Source of the DNA: Eubacteriales bacterium
Lineage (GTDB): Bacteria > Bacillota > Clostridia > Oscillospirales > CAG-382
Assembly (NCBI GenBank): GCA_041672465.1
Contig: JBAYZO010000005.1
Location: forward strand, 4,686 to 68,685
Direction: 5' to 3'
DNA length: 64,000 nucleotides
Both the position numbers and the translations under genes were made by a program. Below, in pieces: positions 22,024-30,885 of this stretch (the stretch's first letter is position 1; each line of letters begins with the position of its first letter). Under the pieces are notes generated by a model that was not told the origin of the DNA, did no database searches, and was given only the letters and a program-made list of their open reading frames with translations.

Positions 22024-23022
22024 TTATTTGTAAAACCCAACTTTTTTAAACACCTTATCGACAGTTCTGACGGCGATTTCCGAGGCGGCCTCCCTCCCCC
22101 GCTTTAACACCCCGTCGAGATAAGCCTTGTCATTCATAAGTTTCAGGGCCTTTTCGCGAATTGGGCGGAGGGTCTCAATCACCGCTTCCCCCACGCTCAG
22201 CTTAAACTCGCCGTACCCCTTGCCGGAAAATTCCGATTCAATTTCGTCAAAGCTCTTCCCCGCGCAGGACGAATAAATTGTCATAAGGTTTGAAATGCCT
22301 TTTTTGTTTTGGGCGTCGTAATACACGCCCGAGCCGCTGTCGGTGACCGCTTTTTTAAATTTAGAAGCAATAATGTCGGGCGAGTCAAGGAGCTGAACGC
22401 TCCCCGCGCTGTCCTCCGATTTGCTCATCTTGTTAAGGGGGTTGGCAAGGCTCATTATCCTTGCCCCCACTTTTGGGATAAAAGGTTCGGGGATGGTGAA
22501 AACCTCGCCGTAAAGCGAATTAAAGCGGGAAGCTATATCCCGGCAGATTTCCACATGCTGTTTTTGGTCGCCGCCGACGGGAACGAGATCGGCGTTATAT
22601 ATAAGGATATCTGCCGCCATAAGCACCGGGTAAGTGTAAAGCCCGGCGTTGAGGTTTTCTTCTTTCTTGGCGGCTTTGTCTTTAAACTGGGTCATTCTGC
22701 TGAGCTCACCCATCATGGTATAGCAGTTCAGCACCCAGCAGAGCTGCGCGTGGGAAGGCACCTGACTTTGAAGAAACAAAATGTTTTTTTCCGGGTCAAG
22801 CCCGCAGGCGATATATAAAGCGAGCTGTTCGGTTGTGCGTCGTCTGAGACACGCCGGGTCGTGCCTTATGGTTATCGAGTGAAGGTCGGCGAGCATATAA
22901 AGGCAGTCGTATTCCCCGCTGAGCTCCACCCAGTTTTTAACCGCCCCGATATACGAGCCGAGCGTCAGCTCCCCCGTGGGCTTTATCCCCGAAAGGATAC
23001 GGGGTTTTGAGTTTTTTGACAT
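22024..23022 (-). CDS. trpS: Tryptophan--tRNA ligase
   Basis: KPTGELTLGSYIG (HIGH region), KMSKS and GGDQKQH. Confidence 0.95.
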   Translation of the reverse strand: MSKNSKPRILSGIKPTGELTLGSYIGAVKNWVELSGEYDCLYMLADLHSITIRHDPACLRRRTTEQLALYIACGLDPEKNILFLQSQVPSHAQLCWVLNCYTMMGELSRMTQFKDKAAKKEENLNAGLYTYPVLMAADILIYNADLVPVGGDQKQHVEICRDIASRFNSLYGEVFTIPEPFIPKVGARIMSLANPLNKMSKSEDSAGSVQLLDSPDIIASKFKKAVTDSGSGVYYDAQNKKGISNLMTIYSSCAGKSFDEIESEFSGKGYGEFKLSVGEAVIETLRPIREKALKLMNDKAYLDGVLKRGREAASEIAVRTVDKVFKKVGFYK

Positions 23023-23181
23023 AACACCACCAAAAATAATAATTAAAAAGTTATAAATAAGCGACTTAAATAAACACAGGCTTTGTCTTTATACAAAATG
23101 TTGTGTTTTTAAGTATATATACGCTTATAGTTATTGTAACATACATTTTCCTGTTTTTCAATAAAAATTTCGGTAAAAGGA

Positions 23182-23210
23182 TTTACAATTTATTTTTTAT
23201 GGATTATAAT
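23182..23210 (+). promoter_or_regulatory. Sigma-A-type promoter for pduL
   Basis: TTTACA, 17 nt, TATAAT. Confidence 0.5.
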
Positions 23211-23253
23211 GATATGTCATAAAAAAGCACTAAACTAAGAAAGGAATATAAAC

Positions 23254-23826
23254 ATGTCAAAAATCCTCGTGGAGACCTCCGCGCGGCACGTTCACGTCAC
23301 TCGCGAAACTCTTGATTTACTGTTTGGCAAAGGCTACGCTTTATGTGAGAAAAAAAGGCTTTTGCAGCCCGGTCAATTCGCGTCAGAAGAAAAGGTTGAT
23401 GTAGTGGGTCCGAAAGGAACCATAAAAGGAGTAACTATCATAGGCCCGGAAAGAACAGCAAACCAAGTTGAGGTCTCGCTCACGGACGCCAGAGTTTTGG
23501 GCGTCACCCCCCCGGTGCGGGAATCCGGCGACACAAAGGGGTCTTCCCCGATAAAGCTTGTCGGCCCGTACGGCGAGGCGGACCTTCCCGAAGGCTGTAT
23601 CGCGGCGAAGAGGCATATTCACCTAAGCCCCGCCGACGCCGAAAAATTTGGTCTTAAATGCGGGCAGATTGTCTCGGTAAAGATTTCCGAAACCCCGCGC
23701 CCCCTTATCTTTTGCGACGTGGTGGTGAGAATGGACGAAAACTTCGCCCCCGCGATGCATATAGACACCGACGAGTCAAACGCCGCCTACGCGCACGGCA
23801 AAGTATATGGTGAGATAATCGTCTGA
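23254..23826 (+). CDS. pduL: Phosphate propanoyltransferase PduL-type phosphotransacylase
   Basis: Two PduL repeats: ETSARHVHV... and AAKRHIHLSP..., with HIDTDESNA. Confidence 0.8.
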   Translation: MSKILVETSARHVHVTRETLDLLFGKGYALCEKKRLLQPGQFASEEKVDVVGPKGTIKGVTIIGPERTANQVEVSLTDARVLGVTPPVRESGDTKGSSPIKLVGPYGEADLPEGCIAAKRHIHLSPADAEKFGLKCGQIVSVKISETPRPLIFCDVVVRMDENFAPAMHIDTDESNAAYAHGKVYGEIIV

Positions 23827-24056
23827 TTAACCTCCCGCTTTGCGGGGTTCGCGGGCATAAAAACTGTTTTGGTAAACAAAAACAATATTTACTGTATGCA
23901 AACACATATATTAATATATAATTATAACTCAAACGGCGTGCGCTGACCCGCGCGCTTAGTTTTGTTTTTATTTTTGTTTTTTCGGTAAACCAAAACTTTT
24001 CCCGGTTTTTATTATTTTAAACTAAAACATTAAAACATAATCGAAAGGAGCAAACT

Positions 24057-24752
24057 ATGTCCGATTTTTCAAAGGAAGTCGAACAAATGTGTTGTGTACG
24101 ACAAGGCCCGAACCACGGCCCCTCGCCGCTGCCGGAGGAGGGAAAATGGGTTAAGGCAAGGCAGATTTCCGATATTTCCGCCTATACAAACGGGGTGGGG
24201 CGCTGCGCGCCTCAGCAGGGCGCCTGCAAGCTTTCCCTCAACGTAAAAAACGGGATAATAGAAGAAGCGCTTGTCGAAACCATCGGCTGTTCGGGCATGA
24301 CCCACTCGGCGGCAATGGCGGCCGAAATTCTCCCGGGGAAGACAATTCTTGAGGCGCTCAACACCGATTTGGTGTGCGACGCCATTAACACCGCGATGAG
24401 GGAAACGTTTCTTCAAATCGCCTACGGGCGCTCTCAGTCGGCGTTTTCGGAGGGCGGCCTTGTCATCGGCACCGGAATTGAAGACCTCGGAAAAGGCCAG
24501 CGCTCAATGGTCGGCACCATGTACGGCACAAAGGCAAAGGGGGTAAGGTACCTTGAGATGACCGAGGGTTTCTGCACCAAAATGGCGCTTAACGAAGACG
24601 GTCAGGTTATAGGCTACGAATATGTGTCGCTCGGGAAGATGACGGACCTTATTAAAAAAGGCGTTGAGCCAAACGAAGCCTACGAAAAGTCCAAAGGCAC
24701 TTACGGCTGCTTTTCCGACGGCGTAAAATTCATAGACCCGAGAACGGAATAA
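24057..24752 (+). CDS. NifU N-terminal (IscU)-like Fe-S scaffold-like protein with a C-terminal extension
   Basis: Cys-containing segments GRCAPQQGACKL and TIGCSGMTHSAAMAAEILPGKTILEAL resemble IscU/NifU-N. Confidence 0.6.
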   Translation: MSDFSKEVEQMCCVRQGPNHGPSPLPEEGKWVKARQISDISAYTNGVGRCAPQQGACKLSLNVKNGIIEEALVETIGCSGMTHSAAMAAEILPGKTILEALNTDLVCDAINTAMRETFLQIAYGRSQSAFSEGGLVIGTGIEDLGKGQRSMVGTMYGTKAKGVRYLEMTEGFCTKMALNEDGQVIGYEYVSLGKMTDLIKKGVEPNEAYEKSKGTYGCFSDGVKFIDPRTE

Positions 24753-24772
24753 CAGGAAAGGACAGTCATAAC

Positions 24773-25771
24773 ATGGCAAAATTTGAAGGATACGAAAGAC
24801 GCGAGTCAAAAATATTGGGTACTCTCAAAGAATACGGCATTATGTCAATCGATGAGTGCAAACAAATTACCCAAAGCATAGGCGTGGACATCGATTCCAT
24901 CGTCCGCTCAACCCAGCCGATTTGTTTTGAGAACGCCGTTTGGGCGTACACGGCGGGCGCCGCTATCGCAATAAAATCCGGCGACAAAAAAGCCGCCGCC
25001 ATCGCCGCCTCGATCGGCTTGGGACTTCAGGCGTTCTGCATACCCGGCTCGGTAGCCGAAAACCGCAAGGTCGGCTTAGGGCACGGAAACCTCGGGAAAA
25101 TGCTTTTGTCGGACGAAACCGAATGCTTTTGCTTTCTCGCGGGGCACGAATCGTTCGCGGCGGCCGAGGGGGCGATAAAAATAGCGCTCAACGCCAACAA
25201 AGTCAGAAAAACCCCGCTGCGGGTGATTTTAAACGGGCTCGGCAAGGACGCGGCGTTTATCATAGCAAGGATAAACGGCTTTACATATGTCAAAACAGAG
25301 TTTGACAACAACGCCGAAACCATTGAAGTGGTGTCGAGAACTTCGTTTTCAAAAGGCGAGAGAGCGGCCATAAACTGCTACGGCGCGGACAACGTGCCGG
25401 AGGGAGTGGCTATTATGAAGCTTGAAAAGGTAAGCGTATCTATAACCGGCAACTCCACAAACCCCACAAGGTTCCAGCACCCCGTCGCGGGGGTCTACAA
25501 GAAATGGTGCGTGGAAAACGGCGTCAACTTTTTCTCGGTGGCGTCGGGCGGCGGGACAGGCCGAACGCTCCACCCCGACAACATGGCGGCGGGCCCGGCG
25601 TCGTACGGAATGACGGACACAATGGGAAGAATGCACTCGGACGCTCAGTTCGCGGGCTCGTCTTCGGTTCCCGCCCATGTGGAAATGATGGGGCTTATCG
25701 GAATGGGGAACAACCCCATGGTCGGGGCGACCGTCGCGGTCGCCGTGGCGCTTGAAGTAGCTTTGAGATAG
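24773..25771 (+). CDS. GGGtGRT-family protein (function unknown)
   Basis: Literal motif SGGGTGRTLHP and a length of 332 aa, as recalled for this family. The Gly/Ala-rich C-terminus is also typical. Confidence 0.7.
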   Translation: MAKFEGYERRESKILGTLKEYGIMSIDECKQITQSIGVDIDSIVRSTQPICFENAVWAYTAGAAIAIKSGDKKAAAIAASIGLGLQAFCIPGSVAENRKVGLGHGNLGKMLLSDETECFCFLAGHESFAAAEGAIKIALNANKVRKTPLRVILNGLGKDAAFIIARINGFTYVKTEFDNNAETIEVVSRTSFSKGERAAINCYGADNVPEGVAIMKLEKVSVSITGNSTNPTRFQHPVAGVYKKWCVENGVNFFSVASGGGTGRTLHPDNMAAGPASYGMTDTMGRMHSDAQFAGSSSVPAHVEMMGLIGMGNNPMVGATVAVAVALEVALR

Positions 25772-25783
25772 TAAACGTTTAAA

Positions 25784-25816
25784 CCGGGGTCATTTTAAAA
25801 ACTGACCCCGGTTTTT
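25784..25816 (+). terminator. Intrinsic terminator after the GGGtGRT gene
   Basis: ccggggtca/tgaccccgg stem followed by TTTTT. Confidence 0.75.
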
Positions 25817-25836
25817 AGAACGCGGGAGGGTTTGTT

Positions 25837-26676
25837 ATGGCGGCGGCAATTAAAAGAAAGGCCGGGCTTTCGATAGGCGGAGATTTATCGCGGGAAAACC
25901 TCAAAAAACTGAAAAGCGCCGGGTTCGGGGCGGTCGAGGTTAAGTTTATCGATGAGGACAGGGATAAAATAAACTGGAAATCGCTTTCCTCAGGTGCGAG
26001 AGAGGCGGGGATTCTTCTCTGGTCGTTTCACCTTCCCTTTTTGCCCTTTTCAAGGCTTGACATTTCGTCGCTTGACGGGGATATCAGAAAAAACACGCTT
26101 TGCTTTCTCGGCGAGCTTATAAAGCGCGCGGGGGACGCGGGGATAAAAAACATGGTCATTCACCCCAGCGGAGAGCCTATCCCTGACAACGACCGGGGTG
26201 AAAAACTTAAGTTCGCCAAAGAGACGTTGTTCACCCTTGCCGGGGAAGCAAGCGGGGCGGGAGGAGTGTTGTGCGTTGAAAACCTGCCCAGAACCTGCCT
26301 TGGGAAAAACATAGAGGAAATTTTAGACCTTGTCTCCGTAACCGACAAGCTCAGGGTTTGCTTTGACACAAATCATTTGCTTGGGGAGGGTAATACAATC
26401 CAAAGTTTTCTGCCGCGAGTTTCGGATAAACTTCAAACGATTCATGTCTCCGACTATGACTTTATTAACGAGCGCCACTGGCTGCCGGGCGAGGGAAAAA
26501 TCGACTGGGCGGGCTTTATGGATATGCTTGACGAGGTTCGCTATTCCAACCCGTTTATCTATGAAGTGGGGTATGAGAGCCTAACAAGAAACAGACCCCG
26601 CCCCCTTGAGAACGCCGACTTTATAAAAAACTTCGCCGAGCTTTGCCAAAGGGTAAAACCGAGTGTAATCGAATAG
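25837..26676 (+). CDS. Sugar phosphate isomerase/epimerase (xylose-isomerase-like TIM barrel) family protein
   Basis: HLPF, VIHPSG, VENL and DTNH pattern of AP-endonuclease-2/TIM-barrel proteins. Confidence 0.65.
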   Translation: MAAAIKRKAGLSIGGDLSRENLKKLKSAGFGAVEVKFIDEDRDKINWKSLSSGAREAGILLWSFHLPFLPFSRLDISSLDGDIRKNTLCFLGELIKRAGDAGIKNMVIHPSGEPIPDNDRGEKLKFAKETLFTLAGEASGAGGVLCVENLPRTCLGKNIEEILDLVSVTDKLRVCFDTNHLLGEGNTIQSFLPRVSDKLQTIHVSDYDFINERHWLPGEGKIDWAGFMDMLDEVRYSNPFIYEVGYESLTRNRPRPLENADFIKNFAELCQRVKPSVIE

Positions 26677-26702
26677 CCTTTATAACCAACCCTTGTTAAA
26701 AA

Positions 26703-26728
26703 CCGCCCCTTTTGGGGCGGCTTTTTTT
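26703..26728. terminator. Bidirectional intrinsic terminator
   Basis: ccgcccc tttt ggggcgg with T-runs on both strands, between convergent genes. Confidence 0.75.
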
Positions 26729-26738
26729 GAGCCTCATT

Positions 26739-29700
26739 TTAAAAGCTGTATAAAGCGGGGGTTACAATAGATTGGTCAAGCGTGCCATCGGTGGACGCCC
26801 AGTCGGGGCCGGCGCCGTCAATATAATGCACCTTTACCCCAATGGCGGTTTGGTCGCCGTGCTCCGGCGGGGTTCTTCCCAAGTTTGACCAAGGCATGGC
26901 GACAATAAACACCCCGTCTTTTTCGGTAAACGTAAAGTTTTTAATAAGCACGGCGGGGGACGCCGAGCCGCCGGCTGTCCAGCCTTTTTCGGTGCGGTGG
27001 ATATAATAGCGAAGTCCGTGGTCGTTGTCAAGCACGGAGGGCGCCGTCTTCCCCGTGGTCACCATCCAAATTTGAAGAAGGTCGTCTTTTCCCTCCCACC
27101 ACACTCCTTTGCCGTAGTTCGCGGTGGCGTCGTTTGTCCTGACGCAGACATAAAAGTTTTCGCTGTCATACGAATACGCGAAGAATAAGTCCGCGGCGGC
27201 GTTGTTTTTCTTAAAAGGCTGCCAGTTAAGCGCGTCAAGGTTTTCAGCCGATGGCGTTATGACGGTCAGCACCCCTTCGTTATAAACTTTGTCATATTTT
27301 TCGGGTTTTGTGACCTCGACAAGCCCCGATAAGTCAACCTTTTTGCCGTCGTCGGTTTGAACTTCCGGCCCGTCCGCCTTGCTCCCCGCCCCGTCAAGGG
27401 CGCGGAAAGAAGCGTAATACTTAACATAGTCCCGCATTATAAGGCGCTTGTAATAGTTTTGGACATTGTTAAAAGCGGCATAGGGGAAGGTTGTGAAGTA
27501 ATGCGGGATATCAAACACAATTATGCTCCCCGAAAGATAGGCTTCTATCCCAAGGGATTTGACAATCTCGTCATACCGCTTTGTGGTGTAAATCTGCTCA
27601 AAAATCTCCATATCGTGCCAGAACTCCGCGCCCGCTCTCCGGACTGCTTTCGCCCATTCGGAAACAAAAGACTCATATGAGTCAAACACGCCGTCTTCAA
27701 CATAAAGCGTGCCGAGCCTGCCGAGACAGTCCTGCGCGGCGACGATATCCGCCACCGGTCTTCCCCCCTCTTTGTCGGGCGCGATAAGCCGGTACAGGTT
27801 GTCAGCCCCCACGTCCGGCCTGCCGCTCTGCCAAATGGCGGGGGCGATCATAACTTTTGCTTCCGGGGAAATTTCGCGGATAAGGTCGGACTGGTTTTTA
27901 TAGACATATCTTCCCGCGTCGACCCCTCCCGTGAGGTTAAGCCAATAGTCGCACTCCTCGTCGGAGAGATAATAGCCCTCAAACGATTCATGGGTGTGAT
28001 ACATATCATAAATATCCCGAATAAGCAAAAACGAGTCGGCGACAATGTCTTTATAAGACTCCATGTTTGCTATCGGCGAGGAAAAATCGCTGTCGTGAAT
28101 AGTCCCGAGATACACCTTCATTCCAAGCTTATCGGCCGCCGAAAGTATAGACTCATAAAGGTCTTCTACGCCGTATGGCGAATATTTGTACCCCGCGCCG
28201 GTGATTCTCCTCCCGTTGACGGAAGTGGTTTGGGAAGAATAATTAGCGCTGTACTGCATTACGACATATTCCATTCCCAAGTCTTTCATTCCCTTAAGCT
28301 GGAGATACCACGAATAGTCGCTGTTGTTTGCGGAGGCGTTACTCCCCGCGCCGCTTGTCTGAAGCTGGAAAAACCCGCCCCTGACAAGGGGGAGCTGGGG
28401 CTGGGCGGCGTATACCGAAACTTCGGCAAACTTAGGCGCTTTTTGGGCGTTATAAGTAATTTTGACTTTTTGCGCTTTGGTTTCCTCAAAATATAAATAA
28501 ATATATGTGTTTTTACCGGCTTTGACTTTGTAGGTTGTAAAAGCGGTTTCCGCCCCGTCTAAAAACAACTTTATTTCCCCGTCTTCCGACCCCTCGACCG
28601 CTATCATCGCGCCGCATATGTCGTCATAGCTCTTGCTCAGCGATAAAGTTATTTCGTTTTCGCCCGAAACCCCCGATACGCTGACAGCAGCTTTAAGGTC
28701 GGTAAAGGCGGCAGACTCTTTGCCGTTAAGTTCCGCTTTTACAAAAGCGGCGGCATTGGTGTTGGAAAGCTGATTTTTGCGGTTTATAAAGCCGTAATCG
28801 GGTTCCGGCACGGGACTTTCCGAGCCGTAAATATAAACCTCATCAAGTAAAACAAGGGTTTGAGTGTAGGTAAAAATCTTAATATACCTCGCCCTTACGG
28901 TAAACGGGCGGGTGACGATATATTTTGACGAGGAATTTCCCCGCGCGCCGCTTTGCGAAGCGAGAAAAGACTGGCCGAGGTCTTCCCAGACAACGCCGTC
29001 CTCGGAATACCGCGCGTTTATCCTGTCCGGGAAGTTGCCCGACGAGTTTTGCGGGGTATAAATACCAAAGATAACCTCGGAAACGTTCTTTTCTTCTCCT
29101 AAGTCAAGAGTTATTACGCTCCCGGTTTTCCCCGTAAGGTCGTCTTTCGCCGAAGAGGTAAACCCCAAAACCGCCTGATCTCCCGATAAAATACAAGTGT
29201 CGCCGTCGGTCAGCTTGTTCCCGGTCTCGGGGTATTTGTCGCTTATCTTGCCGTCGATTGTATATTCCGCCGATAAAGAAAGCAGTTTTCTTTTATGCTC
29301 GCTTGAACCGAAGATTTTTATCTCGCTTACGCTTATTGTCTGTGTCGGGGTTATCGGGAGCACAAACATAACCGATTTCGCCGTTATCTCAAGGGTATCT
29401 TTAAGCAGGCCGCCCTCGTAAACGCCGAACTCCCCGGCGTAAAACGAGAAGTTATACCCGTCAGTGGAATAGAAAACCTCCGCTTTCTCTCCCGAATAGT
29501 CTTTTAGCGCCAGCTCAAAGTCCGTGATGTTTGATATGAATCCCAAATCGACGGTAATTGCCGCCGTGTCGTTTTTCAGGGTAATGGCCCGGCTTTGGCC
29601 GCTCCAGTCGGTGACTTGCAGGGTGTACCCGGATCCCTTGTCAAGACTTGTCGAAAGGCTCGCGTAGGTTTTTTCGCGGCCGTCGGTAAGTATGGTGAGC

Positions 29701-29972
29701 GAGTCGTCGCCGACGACTTTTATCCCGCAGTCATAAAAATAAGGGCATTTATAAGCTAAATTATTTTCGTCAGGCTCGGTTATTTCTTCCGAAACCTCCC
29801 CCGGTTGGCTTTCTCCGCCGGCGCTTGGGCCGATGCTTTCGCCGCCGGCGCTTGCGCCGATGCTTTCTACGCCGACGCTTTCCGGTTTTTCATCTGTTTT
29901 TCCGCATGACACCATCGCCACCCCCCCGAATAATAATAAAAGTATAAGACAAACTGAAAGTAATTTTTTCAT
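26739..29972 (-). CDS. Large secreted lipoprotein: discoidin-like domains, a DUF4434 (glycoside-hydrolase-like TIM barrel) domain, and a C-terminal carbohydrate-binding-like domain
   Basis: Lipobox VAMVSCG. The central segment YSWYLQLKGMKDLGMEYVVMQYS...LGMKVYLG resembles DUF4434. The domain calls are tentative. Confidence 0.5.
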   Translation of the reverse strand: MKKLLSVCLILLLLFGGVAMVSCGKTDEKPESVGVESIGASAGGESIGPSAGGESQPGEVSEEITEPDENNLAYKCPYFYDCGIKVVGDDSLTILTDGREKTYASLSTSLDKGSGYTLQVTDWSGQSRAITLKNDTAAITVDLGFISNITDFELALKDYSGEKAEVFYSTDGYNFSFYAGEFGVYEGGLLKDTLEITAKSVMFVLPITPTQTISVSEIKIFGSSEHKRKLLSLSAEYTIDGKISDKYPETGNKLTDGDTCILSGDQAVLGFTSSAKDDLTGKTGSVITLDLGEEKNVSEVIFGIYTPQNSSGNFPDRINARYSEDGVVWEDLGQSFLASQSGARGNSSSKYIVTRPFTVRARYIKIFTYTQTLVLLDEVYIYGSESPVPEPDYGFINRKNQLSNTNAAAFVKAELNGKESAAFTDLKAAVSVSGVSGENEITLSLSKSYDDICGAMIAVEGSEDGEIKLFLDGAETAFTTYKVKAGKNTYIYLYFEETKAQKVKITYNAQKAPKFAEVSVYAAQPQLPLVRGGFFQLQTSGAGSNASANNSDYSWYLQLKGMKDLGMEYVVMQYSANYSSQTTSVNGRRITGAGYKYSPYGVEDLYESILSAADKLGMKVYLGTIHDSDFSSPIANMESYKDIVADSFLLIRDIYDMYHTHESFEGYYLSDEECDYWLNLTGGVDAGRYVYKNQSDLIREISPEAKVMIAPAIWQSGRPDVGADNLYRLIAPDKEGGRPVADIVAAQDCLGRLGTLYVEDGVFDSYESFVSEWAKAVRRAGAEFWHDMEIFEQIYTTKRYDEIVKSLGIEAYLSGSIIVFDIPHYFTTFPYAAFNNVQNYYKRLIMRDYVKYYASFRALDGAGSKADGPEVQTDDGKKVDLSGLVEVTKPEKYDKVYNEGVLTVITPSAENLDALNWQPFKKNNAAADLFFAYSYDSENFYVCVRTNDATANYGKGVWWEGKDDLLQIWMVTTGKTAPSVLDNDHGLRYYIHRTEKGWTAGGSASPAVLIKNFTFTEKDGVFIVAMPWSNLGRTPPEHGDQTAIGVKVHYIDGAGPDWASTDGTLDQSIVTPALYSF
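29809..29885. repeat. 27-bp in-frame tandem repeat (about 2.7 copies) in the lipoprotein N-terminal linker
   Basis: ctttc(t/g)ccgccggcgcttg(g/c)gccgatg repeated. It encodes ESIGASAGG/ESIGPSAGG. Confidence 0.8.
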
Positions 29973-30070
29973 GAATATTTCTCCTTTTGGCTTTTGCGCG
30001 GAACGCGCTTTGTAAAACGACTAAGTAAAAAGTCAAGCTAAACATGAATCTGTTAAAACGCTGTGTAATA

Positions 30071-30099
30071 ATTATATCATCGCGCGGGGGCTAAGTCAA
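30071..30099 (-). promoter_or_regulatory. Sigma-A-type promoter for the large lipoprotein gene
   Basis: Minus strand: TTGACT, 17 nt, TATAAT. Confidence 0.5.
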
Positions 30100-30214
30100 T
30101 TATGAATTGATTTATTGATGCTTTTTGGGGTAAGCAAGTTAATTCAAAAAGTAAATGCAACAGTATATCAATACAAGAAGCGAATGAAGTGGCAAGTATC
30201 GAATGAAACGACGG

Positions 30215-30404
30215 GAAACGAATGAAGTCGTGGCTTCGCCACTAATGAAGTTTCGCTTTCAGCGAAATGAAGCGTTTGCTCCGCAAACATGAAGCGAAGC
30301 GCGCTCCTGCCCCTCATGTGCCGTCGAGGCACGCTTCATTTCTTCATTAGCGAAGCGGCTTCATGCGCCGATAGGCGCGCTTCATTGAAAAAAGCGCCAA
30401 AAGG
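30215..30404. repeat. 190-bp ATGAAGC/GCTTCAT module, copy 1
   Basis: Identical to 30494-30683 except for one base (30312 C versus 30591 T). Confidence 0.95.
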
Positions 30405-30493
30405 AAGTTTATTTTGTCAAGCAAAAACAAAAAAGATATGTAAGCAGTTTTATAGAAATGACGCCAATCATTTACTCTCCCGCAATTTCAAAA

Positions 30494-30683
30494 GAAACGA
30501 ATGAAGTCGTGGCTTCGCCACTAATGAAGTTTCGCTTTCAGCGAAATGAAGCGTTTGCTCCGCAAACATGAAGCGAAGCGCGCTCCTGCCTCTCATGTGC
30601 CGTCGAGGCACGCTTCATTTCTTCATTAGCGAAGCGGCTTCATGCGCCGATAGGCGCGCTTCATTGAAAAAAGCGCCAAAAGG
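30494..30683. repeat. 190-bp ATGAAGC/GCTTCAT module, copy 2 (ends 11 bp from the 3' end of tRNA-Val)
   Basis: Direct repeat of 30215-30404 at an offset of 279 bp. Confidence 0.95.
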
Positions 30684-30694
30684 CAGCTTTGTTC

Positions 30695-30770
30695 TGGTGG
30701 GGACTACAGGGCTTGAACCTGTGACCCCCTGCTTGTAAGGCAGGTGCTCTCCCGGCTGAGCTAAACCCCC
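30695..30770 (-). tRNA. tRNA-Val (anticodon UAC) with encoded CCA
   Basis: Cloverleaf folded by hand. Acceptor GGGGGTT/AGTCCCC (2 G-U pairs). D arm GCTC-AGCCGGGA-GAGC. Anticodon arm CCTGC-CTTACAA-GCAGG. T arm ACAGG-TTCAAGC-CCTGT, then ACCA. Confidence 0.9.
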
Positions 30771-30782
30771 GAAAACACGCGT

Positions 30783-30811
30783 ATTATACCACGCCTATTA
30801 ACCCTTGTCAA
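30783..30811 (-). promoter_or_regulatory. Consensus sigma-A promoter for tRNA-Val
   Basis: Minus strand: TTGACA, 17 nt, TGg-TATAAT. The -10 box ends 12 nt upstream of the tRNA 5' end. Confidence 0.65.
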
Positions 30812-30885
30812 CCCCGCAAAAAGGCTTTTTTTACGCTCCCCGCCGCCGCCCGAATAAAGCTTTGGACGGGAAAAAGTTGCCCGTT

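Noticed and set aside
23023-23253. T-box leader upstream of trpS.
   Set aside because: The region is AT-rich promoter DNA. I could not find a specifier hairpin, a T-box consensus sequence or a terminator/antiterminator pair on the minus strand.
23827-24056. Riboswitch or structured leader in the 230-bp gap between pduL and the NifU-like gene.
   Set aside because: Only two weak GC hairpins with T-runs and AT-rich promoter-like sequence are present. No conserved aptamer core was recognised.
30289-30504. 71-aa ORF (MKRSALLPLMCRRG...) starting on one of the ATGAAGC words inside repeat copy 1. A ~52-codon equivalent exists in copy 2.
   Set aside because: It has no RBS. Its sequence is dictated by the repeat words. 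Copy 1 reads on into the unique spacer and copy 2 reads antisense into the tRNA, so the two products would differ. The single inter-copy difference is synonymous, but one site carries no statistical weight.
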